From a virus, in the IMG/VR virus record IMGVR_UViG_3300032272_000003, positions 64,001-128,000 of that record: a stretch of 64,000 bases of DNA. The stretch is one strand, 5' to 3'. Positions 27,018-34,789 of this stretch are shown in pieces. The position numbers and the translations under genes were made by a program. The notes under the pieces were generated by a model, which did not search any database, was not told the DNA's origin, and was given only the letters and a program-made list of their open reading frames with translations. Positions within the stretch are counted from its first letter, which is position 1. Each line of letters starts with the position of its first letter.

Positions 27018-27833
27018 ATGGATGAAATGACATTTAACGGTAACTATAGAGCCATTGTAACAGATAACAACGATCCTTTGCAAGCAGGAAGGGTTAGGGT
27101 TCGGGTTATGCCCATGTTTAAGGATGTTGACGCTGACGCTCTGCCCTGGGCGGTACTGGCTGATGCCTTTATGGGATCGCCTAATGCCGGGTCAGTTAAT
27201 ATACCTGAGATAGGTGCCAACCTATTTGTATTCTTTGAGGCCGGTGACCACCGGTACCCAGTATACTTTGCCACTGCTCCATCCATACAGAACGGTACAC
27301 CCGATCTGCCTACCCTCACCAGGGAAGCAGACGATTCAGTTACCGATATCAATACCAATGCTAAGAAAGGTGTAGGGACAGCCTCGGGTAGCTCCTGGGA
27401 TGAGCCTGGTAGCGCCTATGCAGCCGTGTACCCAGAGAATAAGATTTGGAAGACCACCGATGGCCTATTGATAGAATTGGACGATACAGACGGTCAGCTT
27501 CGCTTCCACATATACCATCCAGCCGGTACCCGTATGGAGATCGATAAGGATGGCAACGAGGTTAACCACACACAGGGTAATCGATTTACTGTTGTCGTCG
27601 GTGATGATAAAGTTTATATCACAGGGAATGGCGACATTACAGTAGATGGGGACATGGGTATTAAGGTGGGTGGTGATACCAAGATAGATGTTACCGGTAA
27701 TGCTGATATTATTGCTGCTGGGGATGCCTCAGTAGAGAGTGTTAACTCAACTGTTAAGGGGTCAGCGAGTGTTACTATAGATGGTGGCCCTGCTGTCACT
27801 ATCACTGGTGGATTAATTAGTCTTAATCCTTAA
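27018..27833 (+). CDS. gp5: Baseplate central spike (gp5/VgrG-like OB fold plus beta-helix, no lysozyme)
   Basis: YRAIVTDNNDPLQAGRVRVRV, LPWA, YPENK, ELDDT and VxGD repeats. Confidence 0.92.
   Translation: MDEMTFNGNYRAIVTDNNDPLQAGRVRVRVMPMFKDVDADALPWAVLADAFMGSPNAGSVNIPEIGANLFVFFEAGDHRYPVYFATAPSIQNGTPDLPTLTREADDSVTDINTNAKKGVGTASGSSWDEPGSAYAAVYPENKIWKTTDGLLIELDDTDGQLRFHIYHPAGTRMEIDKDGNEVNHTQGNRFTVVVGDDKVYITGNGDITVDGDMGIKVGGDTKIDVTGNADIIAAGDASVESVNSTVKGSASVTIDGGPAVTITGGLISLNP
27054..27083 (-). promoter_or_regulatory. Sigma70-type promoter inside gp5 driving the 27007-23036 island
   Basis: TTGCAA-18-TACAAT with TG extension. Confidence 0.5.
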
Positions 27834-28171
27834 AGCAATACCATTGCTTTGTATTCAAGTATCTGTGGATGGCTCTCATCGTACCATACTGTCTTATAAT
27901 CATCTGTTTGGTGGTCATCAAACCCTATAGCAACTGCAACTGATATTGTCTTGTCAGACCATAATCTATCAAACCCAGATTTTAACGATTCATTATTATG
28001 ACAGTACCCATACCCATACCATACATGATCGATGGTATCGAACCGGACAGCAATATAAAGCTCCAATGGGTAAGTGTTTATAACACTCTTGAGGTGCTTC
28101 CTGACACTCTCAATAGCAGCATTCTTCTTTCTGAGATTATGGATGACTTCCCAATATGCTTTATTATTCAT
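27830..28171 (-). CDS. Small protein, W...HP.Y..YKA..L family
   Basis: Ends VWYDESHPQILEYKAMVLL. Confidence 0.85.
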   Translation of the reverse strand: MNNKAYWEVIHNLRKKNAAIESVRKHLKSVINTYPLELYIAVRFDTIDHVWYGYGYCHNNESLKSGFDRLWSDKTISVAVAIGFDDHQTDDYKTVWYDESHPQILEYKAMVLL

Positions 28172-28174
28172 ATC

Positions 28175-28495
28175 TTAGAATACCTCGTTTGCAATAAACC
28201 CTAAAGTGTCTGGATGATCATCATTAAACCAGATATGCTTGATTACCCTATAATCATTAATGTCAATATATTCAATCGACACCCCTAATGTGTTGCAACA
28301 AATCTTCTGTTCCAGTAATTTAGTATTACCCATGTCATTAAGAGGATTAATTGTGTAGGGTATATTGTATAAATGTACCCAACGCCCGAACGAAAATCCA
28401 AAAACACGTAAATGTCTATTCCTGTGTGGTGATATACCACGGACACTCTCGACCATCTTCTCATTAATTTCAATTGACATTCGTTTATAATTCAT
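28175..28495 (-). CDS. Small protein, W...HP.Y..YKA..L family
   Basis: Ends IWFNDDHPDTLGFIANEVF. Confidence 0.8.
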   Translation of the reverse strand: MNYKRMSIEINEKMVESVRGISPHRNRHLRVFGFSFGRWVHLYNIPYTINPLNDMGNTKLLEQKICCNTLGVSIEYIDINDYRVIKHIWFNDDHPDTLGFIANEVF

Positions 28496-28545
28496 TTAGA
28501 CCTTTTAATCCTTAAACAAATCTCCCAATACCGTTCCCTACTCAT
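28492..28545 (-). CDS. 17-aa bridging mini-ORF
   Basis: MSRERYWEICLRIKRSK; ATGA overlap at both ends. Confidence 0.5.
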   Translation of the reverse strand: MSRERYWEICLRIKRSK

Positions 28546-28901
28546 AATTGATCTGCCTTATACTGTAAATACTCTGGATCATCTAGGTTCTCCCATACAA
28601 CCTTACGGTGCATAAACATCTTTTCATCTACATACTGAATGGCAATAGCAATCGAAAAACCCATCAAATATGTATATAGCTCAATTAAGTTAACGGTACC
28701 ATATTCTGGTGACGGTACCAAGGTACTACGTAGCCACCCATATTGTGTGGTGTACGTATAAAGCCTAAATGAATTGACTGAATTGACTGAATTGACTGAT
28801 TTAAATTGTGTACGGGGGTTATGGGTTAGTATACCCATACTCATACTCACCAGGTCATCAACATTACCAACCCGCTTAACGATATCATTCATCATCGTCA
28901 T
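28542..28901 (-). CDS. Small protein, W...HP.Y..YKA..L family
   Basis: Ends VVWENLDDPEYLQYKADQL. Confidence 0.85.
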   Translation of the reverse strand: MTMMNDIVKRVGNVDDLVSMSMGILTHNPRTQFKSVNSVNSVNSFRLYTYTTQYGWLRSTLVPSPEYGTVNLIELYTYLMGFSIAIAIQYVDEKMFMHRKVVWENLDDPEYLQYKADQL

Positions 28902-29287
28902 AACACTGTATCCGCTATGAACTCAGGGTAGTACGAGCTATCCTTATTAATCCACACCTCATGAGCTACCCCATGCTTACTACCATTGGTAGAGGTGACG
29001 ATCATGATCGATACTATATCATGATGTATTAGATGACACCCAACATACCATTCAACCCTCGTCGCCCATTCCCTACGTTGCTCTAATGTACTCTTATAGC
29101 TCACATCAGAAGCATATCTGAACGATTCAATCCTATTCCATCGTGATAGATTATCAACATCCGATGGGGCATACCATCCAACAACCCATGCATCATACGC
29201 CTGATAAGCTCCCATGTTCTCAGAGAGTCCCCATAGCTTGGATGATACTGTATTGGCTATCTGGTTGGCTAACATACTATTCATCAT
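28898..29287 (-). CDS. Small protein, W...HP.Y..YKA..L family
   Basis: Ends VWINKDSSYYPEFIADTVL. Confidence 0.85.
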   Translation of the reverse strand: MMNSMLANQIANTVSSKLWGLSENMGAYQAYDAWVVGWYAPSDVDNLSRWNRIESFRYASDVSYKSTLEQRREWATRVEWYVGCHLIHHDIVSIMIVTSTNGSKHGVAHEVWINKDSSYYPEFIADTVL

Positions 29288-29526
29288 AACACATACAACG
29301 CTTTATGTAACATTATCGCTTCTTCTGTTGGGTTCTTAATATACCGGATCATCATATTACTCACTGCTACCAATCTTAATTGATAATCATTAGGGATACA
29401 TGTGATCTTCCTGACAGTATGAACGGCATTCTCCATGCATTTGATCCTCCAGATTGGATACGAACTATACTTCTGTTCCAATTGAGATAGTATACCATCG
29501 AGATGATGTTTATCGAGAGGACTCAT
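29284..29526 (-). CDS. Helical-repeat small protein
   Basis: IPNDYQLRLV...YIKNPTEEAIMLHKALYVL. Confidence 0.85.
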   Translation of the reverse strand: MSPLDKHHLDGILSQLEQKYSSYPIWRIKCMENAVHTVRKITCIPNDYQLRLVAVSNMMIRYIKNPTEEAIMLHKALYVL

Positions 29527-29765
29527 AGCTCATACAACGCTTTATGTAACAACGTTGCCTCCGGGCATGGGTTATTAAGGTATTGGTGTAGATTGTGACA
29601 CGCCACCAATCTTAATTGATAATACATAGGAATATCAATTATTCTCTTAACAGTTCTAACGGCATTATGCCTGTAATAAACCCCTACCAGTGGATGAGAT
29701 GATTTATACATCGTTTCCAATTGGTATAGGACAGTATCAAGATGATGTTTATCGATGGGTGTCAT
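29523..29765 (-). CDS. Helical-repeat small protein
   Basis: Paralogue of 29284; ends LHKALYEL. Confidence 0.85.
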   Translation of the reverse strand: MTPIDKHHLDTVLYQLETMYKSSHPLVGVYYRHNAVRTVKRIIDIPMYYQLRLVACHNLHQYLNNPCPEATLLHKALYEL

Positions 29766-30022
29766 AATCGCCACAACGCTTTATGAGTCAGTTTGGCTTC
29801 CTCGGTAGGATTATTAATGTAACTAATCATGTAGGAACCTATGGCCACCGTTCTTAATTGTAAATCTTCGGGGATATTACATTTACCGGAAAGACACTTC
29901 ACTAAATCTGATATCATCCGATACGGGTACCTCTCATTGGGGGTCATAGTATTAAGCTTGATATCTATGCTGTCGAGTATCCTACGTAGGTTATGTTCTT
30001 CGATGGGTGTTATAGGTTTCAT
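29762..30022 (-). CDS. Helical-repeat small protein
   Basis: Ends NPTEEAKLTHKALWRL. Confidence 0.85.
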   Translation of the reverse strand: MKPITPIEEHNLRRILDSIDIKLNTMTPNERYPYRMISDLVKCLSGKCNIPEDLQLRTVAIGSYMISYINNPTEEAKLTHKALWRL

Positions 30023-30270
30023 AGCTCATACAATGCATTTTGAATCAGCACTGCCTCTTCGCATGGTTCATCTATATACCGGATCATATATACAGCACAT
30101 TCTACAAGTCTAACCTGTATGTCATCGGGGATACCACCACCATAGATTAACAACACGATGCTCCGTATCGACATCCTATGGGATATCTTGACAACCTCAC
30201 GTTCAGCACTATCATGCTTATTCAATAGATACTCGATTTCCTTAAGCTTCTCGGTAAGCTCCTGACTCAT
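30019..30270 (-). CDS. Helical-repeat small protein
   Basis: Ends PCEEAVLIQNALYEL. Confidence 0.85.
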   Translation of the reverse strand: MSQELTEKLKEIEYLLNKHDSAEREVVKISHRMSIRSIVLLIYGGGIPDDIQVRLVECAVYMIRYIDEPCEEAVLIQNALYEL

Positions 30271-30521
30271 AACCCGTGTATGGCCTTATGGAGGAATGTG
30301 ACATCTTTAGTAGGCTGTATCAGGTGTGCCCAGGATGTAGAGGCTAGTTCGACGGCCCTGATCTGTAAATCCACTGGTAGGGGTTTATTACAATCCTCAA
30401 GTTTATACCGCAGATTTACACGGGAAAAGAACGTTTTCATGCCTCTGTTGTTGTCGGTAAGGAGTGCCCTCTCAAGCCGACGACATGCTCTCTTTACTTT
30501 GCTCGCTTCTCTATTAGCCAT
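30267..30521 (-). CDS. Helical-repeat small protein
   Basis: Ends PTKDVTFLHKAIHGL. Confidence 0.8.
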   Translation of the reverse strand: MANREASKVKRACRRLERALLTDNNRGMKTFFSRVNLRYKLEDCNKPLPVDLQIRAVELASTSWAHLIQPTKDVTFLHKAIHGL

Positions 30522-30524
30522 TAT

Positions 30525-30785
30525 CTATGACTCCCATAGTGCTTTGTGCATCAAAGTAGCCGCTGGTGTTGGATCAGTAATATGTCCATACAGGTACGGG
30601 CTACACCTTATCATTTGTAATTGAACCTCTTCAGGGATAACCTCTATCCCTCTAACGATTGTAATGATCTGAATCTGAATCTGAATCTGAAAAGCTGTTT
30701 GAAACGATTCTACCTTATCTTCATCACATGTGTCAATCAACATTTGCATGCTGGTCATCAAATCCATGAAATCGTTTTTCTTCAC
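30525..30785 (-). CDS. Helical-repeat small protein
   Basis: Ends PTPAATLMHKALWES; (ATCTGA)4 expansion. Confidence 0.8.
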   Translation of the reverse strand: MKKNDFMDLMTSMQMLIDTCDEDKVESFQTAFQIQIQIQIITIVRGIEVIPEEVQLQMIRCSPYLYGHITDPTPAATLMHKALWES

Positions 30786-31189
30786 CCCTTAAGGTTCTCC
30801 ATCTTATATTCTGTATAGTGGCTATGGCCAGTGTTCTCCCATAGGATAGCACTGTCTGTCTGGGCGACCGGATGATTCACGTCCAGGCCGGTGGCGTCCA
30901 GGAGGGTGATCTTAACAGCAACAGCACATGACCCATTGAATATCCCCTGTAGCAATGCACAAGTAATATCATGGTAAATATAATCCTCATAAGAGTCGGC
31001 ATCGATTTTCACCCACCCCAGGCCATGGTGGTATGCCTCTATCAGGAACCCTATCTGTTCTGGGCATTTATAATCCCGTCTAAGGAATATCGTAACGGCA
31101 TCGGTGATGTCCTTGCACAACTGTACCTGGGAATCCAACACTTCCTGAATCTTCATCTGTTCGTCAATCTGTTTCTGTTCTTCTGTCAT
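30782..31189 (-). CDS. Small protein, W...HP.Y..YKA..L family
   Basis: Ends ILWENTGHSHYTEYKMENLKG. Confidence 0.85.
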   Translation of the reverse strand: MTEEQKQIDEQMKIQEVLDSQVQLCKDITDAVTIFLRRDYKCPEQIGFLIEAYHHGLGWVKIDADSYEDYIYHDITCALLQGIFNGSCAVAVKITLLDATGLDVNHPVAQTDSAILWENTGHSHYTEYKMENLKG

Positions 31190-31515
31190 AGGTTCTCTCC
31201 TGCTATGTATTGGTAATAATCTGGATGGGCTTCATCAACCCATATAACCTCACTAACCTCACTCACTTTACTGTTGGTCGGGTGTTGGTACCAGTACCAC
31301 CCGATCTTAAAGCCCACAGGGCTTTTCGTATTACTTAGTTGTAAAATCCTATCTCTCAGGATAGGATGGTAAATATTACACTGTGACCTCTCTATGAGCA
31401 TGGTACTCCGCCATTTACAATCAGAATAGTACATCACCTCAAAGATAGAGGAACGCTTTTCACCAATCGATTTAATGATATCACTGGCTATACCTACGGC
31501 AACATGATGTTTCAT
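31186..31515 (-). CDS. Small protein, W...HP.Y..YKA..L family
   Basis: Ends IWVDEAHPDYYQYIAGENL. Confidence 0.85.
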   Translation of the reverse strand: MKHHVAVGIASDIIKSIGEKRSSIFEVMYYSDCKWRSTMLIERSQCNIYHPILRDRILQLSNTKSPVGFKIGWYWYQHPTNSKVSEVSEVIWVDEAHPDYYQYIAGENL

Positions 31516-31850
31516 AGCTTCTCTCCTGCTACATATTCAAGATATTGAGGATGGTCCACATCCTCCCATAATATTACCTCAGATAATAATGTACCAGTCA
31601 TACGATTAATATTACCAAACCCCCCACCATGTATTTGTAACTTAAAGCATAATGGGTTCTTTAATGCGAATGCTGTCTTGATCCTAGTCTTTAATATATC
31701 TTCATAAATAACCGCTGTTGGACCCTTAAATTTAGAACAACTCTCCCATCCCCAGTATAGGTCATAATGCATAAGTACACATGTCCCTTCAGAAGCCACA
31801 GCAATTGCTATTATCTTATCTCTTAATTTAACAATACCTGCATTATTCAT
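31512..31850 (-). CDS. Small protein, W...HP.Y..YKA..L family
   Basis: Ends LWEDVDHPQYLEYVAGEKL. Confidence 0.85.
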   Translation of the reverse strand: MNNAGIVKLRDKIIAIAVASEGTCVLMHYDLYWGWESCSKFKGPTAVIYEDILKTRIKTAFALKNPLCFKLQIHGGGFGNINRMTGTLLSEVILWEDVDHPQYLEYVAGEKL

Positions 31851-32218
31851 AACCTCTCCCTCGCTACGTATTCGATAAAATCTGGATTATATGTATCCTC
31901 CCATATAATAACCCCATCTAAATCTAATAAAGGATGTTTGTGTGCTGGTCTGTGTATTGATCTGGAGGGATAACGCATTTGTATTTGTAACTTGAATATT
32001 ATAGGAGAGTGCGTGACAAATGATGTCTGTATCCTACCCCTTACCATATCATGATAGGTTCTCACTCTCTTCTCCCCGGTAGTAAAAAATATACAACAGT
32101 CCGCCCATTCAAGACGTTTAGAGTCATAAAACGTGATCACACATCTATGATCATCGTCAAAACTACCAGACATCAGTATTATCTCATTCGTTAATTCATT
32201 AATACCTGCATTATTCAT
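31847..32218 (-). CDS. Small protein, W...HP.Y..YKA..L family
   Basis: Ends IWEDTYNPDFIEYVARERL; shares MNNAGI start with 31512. Confidence 0.85.
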   Translation of the reverse strand: MNNAGINELTNEIILMSGSFDDDHRCVITFYDSKRLEWADCCIFFTTGEKRVRTYHDMVRGRIQTSFVTHSPIIFKLQIQMRYPSRSIHRPAHKHPLLDLDGVIIWEDTYNPDFIEYVARERL

Positions 32219-32607
32219 AACATCATCCCAGCAATAAAGCCCAGGTAGTCTGTATGATCTGTATCAGCCCACACCATTATCAATCCTTCTTTGGGCGGAT
32301 GCTCATTATAATTACCCCGACCCCAATCCCAACTACCTGACCCCATCCAGACCATATGATCCCAATCAGATATTATCGCTATACCTATAAGGCTTGGGTA
32401 GGGTAGATACCACGTTAACGTATTCCTGATATTGTTTCTCTCTATTGTGCCAACCCCAGCATCAAACTCAATATTAGGAATAAAATGATCCTTAAAACAA
32501 TACACCAGTCGATAGAAACTATTATTAGTATCGAAGGCATCCCGTTGGGTGGTCTTGGTCTTCTTAATAATCATATCCGTGACCTCTCCCACGTCTCTAC
32601 TGATCAT
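32215..32607 (-). CDS. Small protein, W...HP.Y..YKA..L family
   Basis: Ends VWADTDHTDYLGFIAGMML. Confidence 0.85.
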   Translation of the reverse strand: MISRDVGEVTDMIIKKTKTTQRDAFDTNNSFYRLVYCFKDHFIPNIEFDAGVGTIERNNIRNTLTWYLPYPSLIGIAIISDWDHMVWMGSGSWDWGRGNYNEHPPKEGLIMVWADTDHTDYLGFIAGMML

Positions 32608-32930
32608 AACATATCGTCCGATTTATATTCGAGGTAATATTCATGCTCTTTATTCTCCCATATTAACACATTAGGGTCAACTAACACATCACCAGTGAAC
32701 ATTTTGTCATCAAATACGAGCTTAAGGGCAACAACGTTGTCATTAAAGGCGTCATTAATCTTACGACGAATCATTCGATAGTCGCCCAACATGGGTATGC
32801 ACTTGAAGTATCTGTTCCAGCCCCTCTCAGGGATGTATCCGAATAAAGCCATACTATAATACTGCTCACCCATGTTTCGTGCCACCTTGGTAATGTTACC
32901 AGAGAGGGTATTACTCGTATTATCAGTCAT
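32604..32930 (-). CDS. Small protein, W...HP.Y..YKA..L family
   Basis: Ends IWENKEHEYYLEYKSDDML. Confidence 0.85.
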   Translation of the reverse strand: MTDNTSNTLSGNITKVARNMGEQYYSMALFGYIPERGWNRYFKCIPMLGDYRMIRRKINDAFNDNVVALKLVFDDKMFTGDVLVDPNVLIWENKEHEYYLEYKSDDML

Positions 32931-33265
32931 AACATATCGTCCGCTTTGTATTCCAGGTATCTACTGTGCTCTTCATCCTCCCATAATAACATACTAGGGT
33001 CAGGGGCATCAATCATTCCAACAGCCCATTGTTGAGAGAATATTAGCTTAACAGCTACTATACTATGAATGTTTCCATAATAACCAATGTATCTTTTAAA
33101 TTGACCATATCTATCCTTAGCATGTCGGGATGCGAAGGTCATATAATATGACCACCCTTCACTATCATGATAGACCCATAACCCGCACGAGATATACCAT
33201 GTCGAGTATTCCAGGGAATTGTTTACGATCATACTTGCCAACTTCGATATGGTATCGGCATTCAT
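32927..33265 (-). CDS. Small protein, W...HP.Y..YKA..L family
   Basis: Ends LWEDEEHSRYLEYKADDML. Confidence 0.85.
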   Translation of the reverse strand: MNADTISKLASMIVNNSLEYSTWYISCGLWVYHDSEGWSYYMTFASRHAKDRYGQFKRYIGYYGNIHSIVAVKLIFSQQWAVGMIDAPDPSMLLWEDEEHSRYLEYKADDML

Positions 33266-33603
33266 AACATCACATCAGCAACAAATACATCATAATCCTT
33301 ATGTTCTTTATTCTGCCATAGGATAATCTTTGATCTTGGTGCAGCAAATGGGGCAATGGCAATGGCAATTATATCCTCATCCACACCCACCCCAAATACC
33401 TTCAGACTCTCACTGATCCTGAGTACCTGACAACGGGTTGCATCCATATCGAACCCTACTAACCATGACCCCATGGCGGAGTTAATACTGGCAGCATGAT
33501 AGGCATACATACTGTAGTACCGGTAATAAGTAGTACCGTTACCCCTCTTATGGAGATGCTTAGCGGCTTCTGCTATCTTCTCAGCCAGGACATCTACATT
33601 CAC
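33262..33603 (-). CDS. Small protein, W...HP.Y..YKA..L family
   Basis: Ends LWQNKEHKDYDVFVADVML. Confidence 0.85.
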   Translation of the reverse strand: MNVDVLAEKIAEAAKHLHKRGNGTTYYRYYSMYAYHAASINSAMGSWLVGFDMDATRCQVLRISESLKVFGVGVDEDIIAIAIAPFAAPRSKIILWQNKEHKDYDVFVADVML

Positions 33604-33956
33604 AACATCACCTCAGCTATAAATACATCGTAATCGATATGCTCTTTATTCTCCCACATGATAATCTTATCATTGCCCTTGTCACTCATACTTACAAGGG
33701 CAATAGCAATTACCTTATCATCATCAATGTAATCAGCGATATTACGTTGTATATGGAATACCTGGCTCTGACTGGCTACAATAAGAAGTCCTCCACCGAA
33801 CCAACCACTATTGGCTAGGTTGAAGTATCCAGCTTTATATACCACTACCCGAAACTTCCAGTGCTGACCACCAGACTGCCGGTAAATTGCCTTCGCAGTA
33901 TCGGAGATTTTCATGGCCAGGCCATGTACATTAACACCTTTTACGAAATAGTTCAT
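33600..33956 (-). CDS. Small protein, W...HP.Y..YKA..L family
   Basis: Ends MWENKEHIDYDVFIAEVML. Confidence 0.85.
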   Translation of the reverse strand: MNYFVKGVNVHGLAMKISDTAKAIYRQSGGQHWKFRVVVYKAGYFNLANSGWFGGGLLIVASQSQVFHIQRNIADYIDDDKVIAIALVSMSDKGNDKIIMWENKEHIDYDVFIAEVML

Positions 33957-34312
33957 AGGCTCTCGCTCGCAATATAATCAAGGTACTCAGGATGATCCTC
34001 GTTCTTCCATATGATTTGTTCATATATTTGGCCATTGTAATTGAAAGCAATCGCTTTAACAGCAACACACTTCCAATCTTCAATCCAAATACGTAAAGCA
34101 CTTCTTAAGTCAAGCCTATCTGTGGTCATTGCAAAATCATTGCTAATGATGCTAATACCAAATCCAGAATACCATATTTCATTACTATATGGTGACACCC
34201 TGACACCAACTACACTATTTAATTCACATAGTTGTTCGTAACTATTTAATTCACATAGTTGTTCGTAAAGAGTATTCTCAATACTCTCGATTGTTCTATT
34301 ATCACTACTCAT
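33953..34312 (-). CDS. Small protein, W...HP.Y..YKA..L family (first gene of island)
   Basis: Ends IWKNEDHPEYLDYIASESL; internal 27-bp tandem duplication. Confidence 0.85.
   Translation of the reverse strand: MSSDNRTIESIENTLYEQLCELNSYEQLCELNSVVGVRVSPYSNEIWYSGFGISIISNDFAMTTDRLDLRSALRIWIEDWKCVAVKAIAFNYNGQIYEQIIWKNEDHPEYLDYIASESL
34214..34267. repeat. Perfect 27-bp tandem duplication
   Basis: ACTATTTAATTCACATAGTTGTTCGTA x2. Confidence 0.95.
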
Positions 34313-34356
34313 AACATCTTATCCACCTTTTCTTGTATATGAGAATCCATGGCAAT

Positions 34357-34386
34357 ATATTAACCTAATAAATAAGGGTATGTCAA
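34357..34386 (-). promoter_or_regulatory. Sigma70-type promoter for the 34312-27830 island
   Basis: TTGACA-18-TAATAT; the -35 lies in the first codons of gp25. Confidence 0.6.
34367..34374 (+). promoter_or_regulatory. Late promoter AATAAATA, 5 nt before gp25 ATG (leaderless)
   Basis: AATAAATA-AGGGT-ATG. Confidence 0.75.
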
Positions 34387-34769
34387 GACAAACTAAATAC
34401 AGTGATATCGAATTCCAAATGAAACGCGATGTCGGTGGTGAGATTATCATCGTCCATGGTGAAGATGCTATTGGACAATCGATCAAGAACATCCTCTCTA
34501 CCTACCCAGGCGAGAGAATCATGAATCCCGAGTTCGGTAGTAGGATGAGAGACTTCCTATTCGAGCCTATGAACATCATCACAGTTGAACGTATGGAGCT
34601 GGAGATCAGACGTGCACTCACTCAGTGGGAAGATCGTGTCAATATCATCCAGATCAAGGTCAAAGATGACCTGGACAACAACTACTACGACATCACAGTG
34701 ATGTACAAGATCAAGACTACTGGCCATACCGCTTTCTTCTCAGGGAAAGTCAGACCAGCAAGCGACTAA
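34380..34769 (+). CDS. gp25: Baseplate wedge subunit / sheath initiator
   Basis: YSDI, AIGQSIKNILSTYPGER..PEFGS...LFEP and WEDRV motifs. Confidence 0.95.
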   Translation: MSRQTKYSDIEFQMKRDVGGEIIIVHGEDAIGQSIKNILSTYPGERIMNPEFGSRMRDFLFEPMNIITVERMELEIRRALTQWEDRVNIIQIKVKDDLDNNYYDITVMYKIKTTGHTAFFSGKVRPASD

Positions 34770-34772
34770 ATA
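34765..34772 (+). promoter_or_regulatory. Late promoter ACTAAATA for gp6
   Basis: Consensus variant upstream of SD GGAG. Confidence 0.6.
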
Positions 34773-34789
34773 CGTTGACGGAGTAAAAC

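Noticed and set aside
27018-27833. gp5 lacking a lysozyme domain and an adjacent PAAR gene
   Set aside because: Lysozyme-less spikes are common, and a PAAR gene may lie outside the window
23036-34312. Stop-codon reassignment fusing the small ORFs into long proteins
   Set aside because: Successive ORFs change frame at ATGA overlaps, core genes are full length in code 11, and all three stops are used
23036-34312. Integron-like cassette array explanation for the islands
   Set aside because: Genes overlap with no intergenic attC-sized hairpins or repeated recombination sites
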